Source: a candidate division WOR-3 bacterium (lineage in GTDB: Bacteria; Hydrothermota; Hydrothermia; LBFQ01). From it: 64,000 bases of DNA. Of the stretch, positions 42,273 through 51,737 are shown in pieces; position 1 is the stretch's first letter; every line of letters begins with the position of its first letter. Below the pieces are notes generated by a model that was not told the origin of the DNA, made no database searches, and was given only the letters and a program-made list of their open reading frames with translations. The DNA lies in the NCBI GenBank assembly GCA_039802605.1, contig JBDRWW010000004.1:56566-120565 (forward strand). The letters run 5' to 3'. A program made the position numbers and the translations under genes.

Positions 42273-43517
42273 TTAAGGATGGGGTTTTACCCCGTCAAGG
42301 GGTAATATTTTTAAATAAGACATAACATCGCCCAATAGGTAAAAGGAACCGGTTATAACCGTGTCCCCCTCGTTGAAAAGGGAGATTATATCGGGTATCG
42401 ATATTAAAATTTTGGGTACTTTCCCAAACTTGTAAGCCGTTTTAAACAAGCTTTCGACATCCTTTGCCCGGGGGAATGGGTACCTAGTTATGTAAAGGTT
42501 ATAATCCGTATCCGCTATGGTTTTTATAATTTTCTCTATCTCCTTATCAGAACTCAGGGAGATTACAAGGTTAAACTTAACCTCCGGAAAGAGCTTCCTT
42601 AAACTTTGGATGAGGCTTGAAATTGATATAACATTGTGGGCTCCGTCCAAAATTATATAAGGGTTCCTTGATATAACATGCAACCTTCCGGGAACAAATG
42701 CCTTTGAAAAGTCTATTTTTTCTATTCCCAAAACCTTTAAGGTTTTATAGGCCAATGCCAAGTTTTCCGCCTGGAATTCTCCCAAAAGGGGTGCGGATAT
42801 GTATTCCCCGTCAACCTTTACCACTATACCGTACCTGTCCGCATTTACCAACTCCCAATCCGCTATAATAACCTCCGCCCCGAATTCCCTCGCCCTTTCC
42901 TCTATAACATGCATAACCGGAATATTGTTCTTTGTAGTGATTACGGGTATTTTCCCCTTTATAACCGCGGCCTTCTCCCTGCATATATCCTCTAAGGTAT
43001 TTCCGAGTATGTGCATGTGGTCGTAGTCTATCCTCGTAATAACAACCAAGTCTTGGTTTAAAACATTTGTGGCATCCAACCTCCCACCTAAGCCCGCCTC
43101 AAACACATTAAAATCCGTTTTAACATCCAAGAAATACATTATTGCTGAGGCGGTAAGAATTTCAAAATATGTCTGAAACCCTTTTCTCTTCTCAACGCTT
43201 AATATTTTTTCAACATACTTACCCAAATCCCCTTCGGATATCGGTATTTCATTTACCTTTATCCTTTCAAGGGGGCTTACGAGGTGTGGGGATGTGAATA
43301 AACCAACCCTATAACCGGCATTTATCAGACCCCGGGATACGATGTGCGATACCGAACCTTTACCTTTTGTACCAACTATGTGTATAACATTTTTGAGCTT
43401 TAAATGGGGATTTCCGAGGATTTCCAAAAGGTTTAAAAAGGGTTCCAAGCTCTTTGTATATCCCCCCCTTTTTTCGTAATCTATAAGGGAGTTGAGCTTT
43501 GCTATTACCCCACCCAT
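42273..43517 (-). CDS. folC: Folylpolyglutamate synthase/dihydrofolate synthase
   Basis: HIVGTKGKGS, FTSPHL, EAGLGGRLDATN, DHMHILG, LDGAHN, TGSFYL. Confidence 0.93.
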   Translation of the reverse strand: MGGVIAKLNSLIDYEKRGGYTKSLEPFLNLLEILGNPHLKLKNVIHIVGTKGKGSVSHIVSRGLINAGYRVGLFTSPHLVSPLERIKVNEIPISEGDLGKYVEKILSVEKRKGFQTYFEILTASAIMYFLDVKTDFNVFEAGLGGRLDATNVLNQDLVVITRIDYDHMHILGNTLEDICREKAAVIKGKIPVITTKNNIPVMHVIEERAREFGAEVIIADWELVNADRYGIVVKVDGEYISAPLLGEFQAENLALAYKTLKVLGIEKIDFSKAFVPGRLHVISRNPYIILDGAHNVISISSLIQSLRKLFPEVKFNLVISLSSDKEIEKIIKTIADTDYNLYITRYPFPRAKDVESLFKTAYKFGKVPKILISIPDIISLFNEGDTVITGSFYLLGDVMSYLKILPLDGVKPHP

Positions 43518-43975
43518 CCCTTAATCCTCTTTATTATTTCCGTGGTTGAATACCCCTCAATGTATTTGAAGATCTCCACCCTTCCCCCCCTTGAAATCAC
43601 AAAATCCGCGCCCACTACGCTTTTAATATCGTAATCTCCACCCTTAACCAAAACATCTGGTTCCAATTCCATAATCAACCTCTCGGGTGTATCTTCGGAA
43701 AATGGAATGACGAAATCCACCCATTTTGTCGCCAGAAGGGCAAAAGCCCTATCTTCCAGTTTGTTTATAGGCCTTCCCTCTCCCTTCAACCTCTTTATGG
43801 AATCGTCGTCGTTTAAACCCACGACCAAAACATCCCCCAAAGATTTTGCGAATTTCAGAAGTTCAAGATGTCCCCTGTGTAGTATATCAAAACATCCGTT
43901 CGTAAAAACTATCTTATAACCCGCATCCCGCAGGCATTTACCAAGGGTTTTGGGGTCTTTGTGTAGGCCCTTCAT
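43505..43975 (-). CDS. rfaE2: D-glycero-beta-D-manno-heptose 1-phosphate adenylyltransferase
   Basis: FTNGCFDILHRGH, GLNDD.SIKRLKG..RP, LVKGGDY, STT. Confidence 0.9.
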   Translation of the reverse strand: MKGLHKDPKTLGKCLRDAGYKIVFTNGCFDILHRGHLELLKFAKSLGDVLVVGLNDDDSIKRLKGEGRPINKLEDRAFALLATKWVDFVIPFSEDTPERLIMELEPDVLVKGGDYDIKSVVGADFVISRGGRVEIFKYIEGYSTTEIIKRIKGWVG

Positions 43976-44559
43976 ATCTCAAAGGGAACCCTGTTGGTAA
44001 TAGCCTCGTATAGTGTATATGGGTCTAAGGTGGAAATGTCTTCTCCTCTTGGAACCCCGGAGGGCAAACGGGTAATCTTTACACCCTTTACGCCTTCAAG
44101 TAGAAAGTATGCCGTAACTTCACCCTTAACATCGTTGGGGAGTCCGACGATAACCTCGGAGATGTTGAAGGTTTCTAAAAACTTTATGAACCTTTCCCTT
44201 GGGATTTTGTCCGCAGAAATCCCTTCCGTTGGAGAAATTAGCTTATAAACCACGAAATACCTACCCATATATCTCCCAGAGTCTTCAATTCTGAAAACCT
44301 CAAAGGGTGATCTAACCAAAATAACCATATTTTCACGACCTTCATCGGAACAAACCCCGCATACATCACCCTCGCATATCATACCGCAATACTTACACAG
44401 ACCTATGCTTTCCAAACCCTTTAACGCATCTATTAGGGATTTCCTTTTATCCTCGTTAAAAATTAAAAACTGAACGAGTCTTTCAGCCGTTATTGGTCCT
44501 ATTTCCGGAAGGGAGTTCAGGATTTCCCTCGCCTTTACATACGCCTTTGGGGGTTTCAT
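43972..44559 (-). CDS. recR: Recombination mediator RecR
   Basis: LPEIGPITAERL, C4 zinc finger CKYC..CGVC, TOPRIM GEVTAY, ITRLPSGVP. Confidence 0.88.
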   Translation of the reverse strand: MKPPKAYVKAREILNSLPEIGPITAERLVQFLIFNEDKRKSLIDALKGLESIGLCKYCGMICEGDVCGVCSDEGRENMVILVRSPFEVFRIEDSGRYMGRYFVVYKLISPTEGISADKIPRERFIKFLETFNISEVIVGLPNDVKGEVTAYFLLEGVKGVKITRLPSGVPRGEDISTLDPYTLYEAITNRVPFEI

Positions 44560-44870
44560 AGAAACTTTTCAAGTTCCTTTCTGTATTCTGGGGGAAGTTC
44601 TGCTAAAAACTCCTTAGTCTTATCCCTTTGGTATTCCATAGCCTTTTTAATGGCGGTATTAACGGCATTCACTATTGCGTTTTCAACAGATCTAATATCC
44701 TTTAAACCCTCGGGGTTTATCTTAACCTCCAAGAGTTCCCCCGTCCCGCTTACGACAACCCTAACATTGCCGTTATACGCCTCCTCTTCAAACCTCATCT
44801 TTGAGAGTTCTTTTTGTAGTTTTTTCGCCCTCTGCTGCAAATCCCACAACTTTTTAAAATCACCAAACAT
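44556..44870 (-). CDS. ybaB: YbaB/EbfC nucleoid-associated protein
   Basis: GNVRVVVSG, VKINP, IVNAVNTA; adjacent to recR. Confidence 0.88.
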   Translation of the reverse strand: MFGDFKKLWDLQQRAKKLQKELSKMRFEEEAYNGNVRVVVSGTGELLEVKINPEGLKDIRSVENAIVNAVNTAIKKAMEYQRDKTKEFLAELPPEYRKELEKFL

Positions 44871-44878
44871 AAGTGAGA

Positions 44879-44911
44879 ATTCTAAGGTTGGTTAAATATC
44901 CACCTTATAAT
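44879..44911. promoter_or_regulatory. Divergent -10 boxes (ybaB / tRNA-Arg)
   Basis: Minus ccaacct-TAGAAT 44884-44879 (8 nt to ATG); plus tccacct-TATAAT 44906-44911, 13 nt before the tRNA. Confidence 0.65.
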
Positions 44912-44924
44912 ATTGTCTCCAAAA

Positions 44925-44998
44925 GCGTCCGTAGCTCAGATGGATAGAGCGTCGGCCTCCGGAGCCGAAGGTCGCGGGTTCAAGTCCCGCCGGACGCG
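44925..44998 (+). tRNA. tRNA-Arg(CCG), CCA not encoded
   Basis: Acceptor stem GCGTCCG/CGGACGC; D arm GCTC..GAGC; anticodon arm TCGGC-CTCCGGA-GCCGA; T arm GCGGG-TTCAAGT-CCCGC. Confidence 0.96.
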
Positions 44999-45001
44999 CT
45001 T

Positions 45002-46681
45002 ATGAATAGGCCTTGGTATAGCCATTATGAAAAAGGGGTTCCAAGGAGTATAGATTATCCGGAAAAACCCCTTTGGGTTATCCTTAAAGATGCCGCCCAA
45101 AACTATCCGGAAAACACGGCATTATGGTTTGAGGGTTGGCAATGCACATACAAGGAGTTATACGAGTATTCCTTAAAGTTTGCAAGTTTTTTGCAGTCCT
45201 TGGGGGTTCAAAAAGGGGATAGGGTAGCCTTAATGCTCCCCAATTTGCCGCACTATCCCATATCGTATTATGCCACATTAATGGTTGGCGGTGTTGTTGT
45301 TCAACTAAACCCCTTATATACACCTTCCGAATTGGAATTTTTATTAAACGACTCGGAAACAAAAGTCCTGATAACCCTTGACATCTTTTGGGATACCGTA
45401 CAGAAGGTCGCGGATAAGGTAAATGTGGAAAAGTATATAGTCGGTAAAATTCCGGATTTCCTGCCTTTTATAAAGGGTTTGCTCTACCCCTTGGTTGCCA
45501 ATCCAAAACCCAAGGCCGTTCCATTTGATGGTCTTAAATTTTTCAGGTTTTCGGATTTTTTAAAACATTCGGAACCAAACCTCCCGGATATAAACCCTAA
45601 GGAGGATCTTGCGGTTTTGCAATACACCGGTGGGACAACGGGAACACCAAAGGCTGTTATGCTAACCCATTTTAACATTTTGGCAAACACCTATCAATCG
45701 GTTTCTTGGTTTACGCAATTGGAACCCGGGAAAGAGGTTTCATTGTGCATAATCCCCTTCTTCCACAGTTATGGTATGACCGTTGCGTTAAACTTTTCCG
45801 TGAAGGTTGGAGCAAAAATGGTTTTGATGCCAAAGTACCATACAAAAGATGCCCTAAAACTCATTCAAAAGCATAAGGTAACACTGCTTCCCGGGGTTCC
45901 GCAGATATACGCCACAATATCAAACCATCCGGAGGTTTCAAAGTATAATTTGAGGTCTATAAAGGCATGCATATCCGGGGCCGCACCCCTACCCTTAAAG
46001 GTCAAAGAGGATTTTGAAAGGCTAACGGGCGGGAAATTGGTAGAGGGTTATGGGCTTTCGGAGGCCTCGCCGGTAACCCATTGCAATCCCATTTACGGTT
46101 TAAATAAACCCGGAAGCATTGGATTGCCATTTCCCGATACGGATGCAAAAATCGTTGATTTAGAGGATGGTAAGAGGGAAATGCCCGTAGGGGAAGCGGG
46201 TGAGTTGATAATTAAAGGCCCTCAGGTTATGAAGGGTTATTGGAAAAGGCCGGATGAAACCGCCCTCGTTCTAAGGGATGGTTGGCTTTACACGGGTGAT
46301 ATAGCGTATATGGATAACGACGGGTACTTTTACATAGTGGATAGGAAAAAGGAAATGATAATCGTGGGTGGGTTTAACGTTTATCCTAGGGAGGTTGAAG
46401 AGGTTTTAATGAAACACCCGAAAGTTAAAGATGCAATAGTTGTGGGTATTGAGCACCCAATAAAGGGTGAGATTGTTAAGGCTTATGTGGTTTTAAAAGA
46501 GGGGATGAGCGCTTCTTCCGAAGAATTAATAAACTTCTGCAAGGAACACCTGGCTCCATACAAGGTACCCGCGGAAATAGAATTCCGTAAAGAACTCCCA
46601 AGGACGGTAGTGGGTAAGGCTTTGAGGAGGGTTTTAAAAGAAGAGGAGGAAAAGAGGTTTAAGCCTTATAAGGATAAGTGA
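45002..46681 (+). CDS. fadD: Long-chain-fatty-acid--CoA ligase
   Basis: QYTGGTTGTPK, EGYGLSEASP, GPQVMKGYW, TGDI, VDRKKEMI, VGK. Confidence 0.92.
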   Translation: MNRPWYSHYEKGVPRSIDYPEKPLWVILKDAAQNYPENTALWFEGWQCTYKELYEYSLKFASFLQSLGVQKGDRVALMLPNLPHYPISYYATLMVGGVVVQLNPLYTPSELEFLLNDSETKVLITLDIFWDTVQKVADKVNVEKYIVGKIPDFLPFIKGLLYPLVANPKPKAVPFDGLKFFRFSDFLKHSEPNLPDINPKEDLAVLQYTGGTTGTPKAVMLTHFNILANTYQSVSWFTQLEPGKEVSLCIIPFFHSYGMTVALNFSVKVGAKMVLMPKYHTKDALKLIQKHKVTLLPGVPQIYATISNHPEVSKYNLRSIKACISGAAPLPLKVKEDFERLTGGKLVEGYGLSEASPVTHCNPIYGLNKPGSIGLPFPDTDAKIVDLEDGKREMPVGEAGELIIKGPQVMKGYWKRPDETALVLRDGWLYTGDIAYMDNDGYFYIVDRKKEMIIVGGFNVYPREVEEVLMKHPKVKDAIVVGIEHPIKGEIVKAYVVLKEGMSASSEELINFCKEHLAPYKVPAEIEFRKELPRTVVGKALRRVLKEEEEKRFKPYKDK

Positions 46682-47433
46682 AGGTATTAGGCTTTATTCC
46701 GATAAGTGTATGGGATTTGTTGGATGTTGCCATCATTAGCGTTTTTATATATTTCGTATTAAGGGTTTTAAGCGGAACAAAGGTTATAGTGCTGATGGCT
46801 GGGATAACCCTTTTATTCCTCATCGGGCTTATCGCGAAGGTATTACAACTACCCTCCCTATCCCTTCTCGTATCGGCCGTACAAACCTTTGGAATAGTTA
46901 TATTAATCGTCATATTTCAACCCGAGATGAGGAAGTTTCTCATGGAAATGGGTTCATTACCCCTTGTAAAGTTTTTCATACCGGAGGAAAGTGTCCCAAT
47001 AGATGAAATATTATCCGCCATTGAAGAAATCCTGAGGAGGAGGTTGGGGGCCTTAATAATCATTGAAAGGAGGTTGTCTTTAAGGGACTTTGCCGAGGAT
47101 ACGGGGGTGATAATAGACGGCAAGCTATCCGCGCCGTTATTGGTTTCCATTTTTGACAAGCGTTCCCCTTTACACGATGGTGCGGTTATCATAAAGAATG
47201 ATAGAATAATAGCCTCCTCCGTGATGGTTCCCATGAGCGTAAGGTATAGGGGGACTGGTGCGAGGCATAGGGCGGCTGCCGGCATTACGGAGGTATCCGA
47301 TGCTATATCAATTGCTGTATCCGAGGAAAGGGGAACTATAACCCTATTCCATAAGGGTGAGGCTTATTACAATTTAACCCTTGAAAGGCTTAGAACATAC
47401 CTCGAAAGGCTTTTGAGATATGAGAAGATTTAA
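46678..47433 (+). CDS. dacA: Diadenylate cyclase CdaA
   Basis: Three N-terminal TM segments; FQPEMRK; SPLHDGA; GARHRAA; VSEERG. Confidence 0.92.
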   Translation: MKVLGFIPISVWDLLDVAIISVFIYFVLRVLSGTKVIVLMAGITLLFLIGLIAKVLQLPSLSLLVSAVQTFGIVILIVIFQPEMRKFLMEMGSLPLVKFFIPEESVPIDEILSAIEEILRRRLGALIIIERRLSLRDFAEDTGVIIDGKLSAPLLVSIFDKRSPLHDGAVIIKNDRIIASSVMVPMSVRYRGTGARHRAAAGITEVSDAISIAVSEERGTITLFHKGEAYYNLTLERLRTYLERLLRYEKI

Positions 47434-48214
47434 CGAAATAGTATTGGCCTTAATTATAGCCGCTATTATTTGGATATACGCAAAACTCAACCAAACTTAT
47501 TCATTTGTGTATAAAATACCCGTTGAATACAACATATTGGCAAAGGGGTTAGCACTTTTAGAAGGGGAGGATAGTGTAATTGTAGAAGTTTCGGGTAGGG
47601 GAATCAACCTATTAAAGTTCAGATTGCAAAAACCCATCTTGGTATATAGCCTCAATGGTTCAAGCCTTGAAGGCGTTTTGTATATAGATACATCTTATTT
47701 AAAGCCCAAACAGGAAGTTGGGATCACCCCACTTTATCCCAAGGTTATAAACTACAAACTTGACCGGATTTCAAAGAAGGTTTTGCCCGTAACACCCATA
47801 GTAAAGGGAAACCCAAAGATAGGGTATTTTTATCTTGGATGGGCGGTTAGCGAAAATGTTATCGTTGAAGGACCCAAAACCATTTTGGAAAATCTTGATT
47901 CAATACCCACATATCCGATAGATATTACGGGAAAAACGAGGGATTTTGATGTATACACTAAGGTTTTTACGGAGGGTTTGAATATAAAGGTAAAACCCGA
48001 AAGCGTAAAGGTTTCAATACTCATAGATTCCCTTATGACCAAGGAGGTACCCCTTGTTTTACCTGATACAATAATAACTGTGAAGATACAGGGCCCGAGC
48101 AGAATAGCTTCACCGATTAATTCTTTAAGGGGGAAAAGGTTTAAGGATTCCGTTTATGTTGAACTTCCAGAAAATATAATCCTGTTGGAATTACCTGTGC
48201 ATCTTAAAAAGTAA
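47420..48214 (+). CDS. YbbR/CdaR-like regulator of diadenylate cyclase
   Basis: ALIIAAIIWIY TM, YbbR-like repeats (VEVSGRG, VIVEGPK); follows dacA. Confidence 0.8.
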   Translation: MRRFNEIVLALIIAAIIWIYAKLNQTYSFVYKIPVEYNILAKGLALLEGEDSVIVEVSGRGINLLKFRLQKPILVYSLNGSSLEGVLYIDTSYLKPKQEVGITPLYPKVINYKLDRISKKVLPVTPIVKGNPKIGYFYLGWAVSENVIVEGPKTILENLDSIPTYPIDITGKTRDFDVYTKVFTEGLNIKVKPESVKVSILIDSLMTKEVPLVLPDTIITVKIQGPSRIASPINSLRGKRFKDSVYVELPENIILLELPVHLKK

Positions 48215-49279
48215 GGGAAGGGATAAGAGTAAGAATATGATGTTCGGTATTGAAGCCGCAATCCAAGGATCTATTCTACCGGTTTCACCCATAGCCCTCG
48301 CCGATTGAAGGGCGCCCCAGTAAAAGAATGCCAAAAACATTGAGGAACCAAAGGCTAATGCCCTTCCTCCCCCCCTAACCCCCGTAAAGACCGCAAGGGG
48401 CAATCCTATAAGAAGTATTATAAAATTCATCAAAGGAAACAAAAACCTTATCGCCAATTCCGTCATTTCCTCTGCGCTTTCAAGTTTTGCCCTTTTCAGG
48501 AAATCAATCCTTTCAATCAATTCCGGTGTTGTCATTAGGGAATCGCCCAAGGGTTTTAAAAACTGTGCGGGTGTTTCTTTAATTAAAGTATCAACCGTTC
48601 TGGGTAGGTTTACAACCTCTTCGTTATAGCCCTTGAATTCCCTTATCTTTACCCCTTCAAGTTCCCATAAACCATTCTTATAATCCGCCCTAACGGCATC
48701 TATCCTTTTTGTTATTCTTTTATCCGCACCAAACTGAAATATCGTTATGCCTTGGGCGTAGTTTTCCTTTGAGTTAATATACTTGAAAAGGTACAACCTA
48801 TTCCCCTCACCGAAAAATAAGAGGTTGTTCGCAAAAGTTCTACTTGGAACATCATTCCTTTTTTCTATTTCCAAAGCCTTTATTTCAACCGCCCTTAACC
48901 TTCCCCTCGGAACCAATTCCCAATTGAGATATATCCCGATGAGGGTATTAACAATACCCACAAAAAATACGGGTATAAAAACCCTGATTATATCTATCCC
49001 GGATGCCTTTAAGGCCAATATCTCCATTCTCCTGTTCATCTCCCCTATGGAGAAAAAGCATGCCAAAAGGGCGGCAATTGGCATAAGGAGGCTTAGAAGA
49101 TATGGAATTTGCCAAAGGTAATACTTAACTATGGATATGGGGCTTGGCTTGTGGTCTGCTATTTTATCTATCATCTCAAAGAAATTTACGACGATGTAAA
49201 TCATTATGACACCCAAACACAAAACCACAAAAACCTTTACAAACTCCCATAATATATATCTGTCTATCTTCTTAATCAA
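48191..49279 (-). CDS. LPS export permease LptF/LptG family
   Basis: IDRYILWEF, EILALKASGID, periplasmic beta region, AASIPNIIF. Confidence 0.88.
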   Translation of the reverse strand: MIKKIDRYILWEFVKVFVVLCLGVIMIYIVVNFFEMIDKIADHKPSPISIVKYYLWQIPYLLSLLMPIAALLACFFSIGEMNRRMEILALKASGIDIIRVFIPVFFVGIVNTLIGIYLNWELVPRGRLRAVEIKALEIEKRNDVPSRTFANNLLFFGEGNRLYLFKYINSKENYAQGITIFQFGADKRITKRIDAVRADYKNGLWELEGVKIREFKGYNEEVVNLPRTVDTLIKETPAQFLKPLGDSLMTTPELIERIDFLKRAKLESAEEMTELAIRFLFPLMNFIILLIGLPLAVFTGVRGGGRALAFGSSMFLAFFYWGALQSARAMGETGRIDPWIAASIPNIIFLLLSLPLLFKMHR

Positions 49280-49607
49280 TCTCTCCCCTTTCCCTTCTCC
49301 TTTCCTTTGTGAGTTTATCCTTAACCTTCTTTATTTCACGGGAAAGTATATCCTTCATCTCATCAACAACGGACATAGGGTCTTTGTTTTTCACCTCCAC
49401 CCTAAGGGTTTTACCTTTTAACTTTAACACACCTACGCCTTTGTATAATCCTCTCTCCTCTTCAAGGTGTATGTCTAAATGTTGAGCAAGATCGGAAAAT
49501 CTGTTTAAATCGTCTAACCTTTTGTGTATATACTGCATGAGTACATCCGTAGTGGGGAAATTTTTAACATATATGTTTATTGGCAGTTTTTCGTTTTCTC
49601 CTTTCAT
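49272..49607 (-). CDS. hpf: Ribosome hibernation factor (HPF/RaiA-like)
   Basis: INIYVKNFPTTDVLMQYIHKRL..VVDEMKDILSREIKKVKDKL; tcaacct-TAAAAT 9 nt upstream. Confidence 0.75.
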   Translation of the reverse strand: MKGENEKLPINIYVKNFPTTDVLMQYIHKRLDDLNRFSDLAQHLDIHLEEERGLYKGVGVLKLKGKTLRVEVKNKDPMSVVDEMKDILSREIKKVKDKLTKERRRERGEID

Positions 49608-49619
49608 AGGTAAGGTATT

Positions 49620-51725
49620 TTAAGGTTGATAAATGAACTTCTCATTAAACACCTTTTCACCTATCCTACTGATTTTGAGAATACAATTCTTCCGGAGGTA
49701 TTAAATATATCAAATCCGACATAAGAGGGTTAATATATCTTTGCTTATAGAAAAATGCTTGGTACGGTTAGCATAAATGGGTTTTTCTTCAACATTTACA
49801 AGACACCTTGGAGATACCTTTATTATGAATCCCTCATGGTAATCTCCATAATTTCCGAGTCTTATGTACGGTTGGGGATACGAAGATGTATCGGCAGAAT
49901 TTAGGAAAAGGCCACCCACCAATAAAGTATCTCCCCTGGACATAATAAGGGTTGCCCTATCATCGCCATCGCCTGTTATTGTGTATGCTCCTATGCATGC
50001 ACTTAAATTCTTATCTAAACCCACTATAACCACATCGCTATACACATTACTTGTATCTCCGGATGTAATATCGCATCTCGTACAGTCAGAACCCCCCAAG
50101 TTCCTGCCCTTTGTGATTACAGCGAGTAAAAGGGTATCACCTTTAAAATTCAAAACATTTCCATAATTCAGCCTATCCGTATCGGGCGAAGATACCACAA
50201 CCATGCCAAGGAAATTGCTTAATGTTGAATCCATTTTAATAATAACCACATCGGGATTACCCGTATTTCCTATAATAGTCCTAGGAAGGCTTCCCCCAAA
50301 AGTTGCCGAATTTTCTACATTTGCGGAGATATATACATTCCCCGCATTGTCAGTGATTATGTTATTTGCGTTATCAAATCCCGGTCCTGCAAATAGCACG
50401 CCCATTAATATAGTATCAAGAGATAAGTTTAGCCTCAGAAGATACACATCCCTTAAACTAAAAGTTCCAAACATAGTATCAATAGGTAGATCGTAGGATA
50501 GGTATGTGGTAGCTATCAAGTAAAATGAACCGTTAGCCTTTATAAAATCCTTTGTATAATCTTCATTAGAACCGCAGATTATTGTTGTGTTTATGTAGTT
50601 TAAAGATGTATCCAACCTTGTTATAAATATGTCTCCATACCCACAAACACCCAAACCTAAAAAGGTTTTACTCATCCCGAAATCGTTGTAGTTGTATGTA
50701 GTTCCAAGTGCATATATTTCTGTTGTATCAACCAAGACATCCAGAATCTGATCGTCATCAGAACTCGCCAATATTACTGTTTTTATATGATTGTCAAGAT
50801 TTGTGGAAAGTTTTGTTATGAAAGCATCATAAAAAGGGTAAGAGGTGGTTCCATAAACCGTACGGGAAGGTGCAAAGTCCAACGACTGGGTAAAACCTAC
50901 AATTAATACATTTCCGGAATAATCCTTTACTACTTTTAAGGCATAATCGTGTTCGCTACCGGAGACTATGGCGACGGAAATAACCGAATCCATGGAAGGA
51001 CTCAATTTTACTACGAAAGCGGATGTTCTATTAGCAACCGTATTCCCAAACCTATAATTTGGAGGCAAGAAGGTTAAATAATCTAAGGTATAACCAGCCG
51101 CGTACACATACCCGCTGTCATCTACAAATACATCCATTACCCCGTCAAAACTATTACTGCTAAGGATGAATGTAGGGTCTATAACCATGTCCCTTTCCCT
51201 ATCGTATCCCTTAATATTAAATGTTAGATTTTTGCCGGATATTATCGGCTTTATTTTTAATTCTCTGCTACCCTGATAGGCCTTTATTGATTTTATACGG
51301 AAAAGTTCATAACCTTCCTTGTATATCATAATATCACCGTTAACCTCATAGATTTCCGCTCCTTCAAAAGCAAGGTTTATTTTTTCAGGGTCTGATCCTT
51401 TACGGATATAGAAGTAAAATTCCAGTTCTTTATCCTTTAATCCGTTTATAACCAAGTCTATGCCGCGATATATTCCTTCTAACTTTACGGATCTGTATGC
51501 GAGAATATGTTTTTCCCCATTTCTCGAGTAAAGGTGTAGAGGTACCCCGTATTTACTTATACCCGCTATGCTTGATTTGTTTCCTCCAACAAATCTAACC
51601 TTTACCCCGCGTATCCGTAGGTTTGAATCCTCTATCACTATACTCCTTGTTAGATTGCACCACTTTTTACCATTTTTTACAAATAATCCATCGGCAAGCG
51701 AATAAAAGGCAATTATCCAAATCAT
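49620..51725 (-). pseudogene. SBBP-repeat beta-propeller secreted protein; ORF 49710-51725 intact but T9SS-like C-terminal domain broken by two deletions
   Basis: IYRGIDLVI..LEF N-domain, VIDP, repeats VDDSGYVYAAGYT / DAFITKL; out-of-frame CTD remnants PSYVGFDIFNTSGRIV and RIGEKVF downstream; SD AAGGAGGTG upstream. Confidence 0.7.
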
Positions 51726-51737
51726 ATTCTCACCTCC

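Noticed and set aside
44925..44998. tRNA-Arg as an integration site for a mobile element
   Set aside because: No duplicated tRNA 3' end or integrase seen in the window; flanks are housekeeping genes
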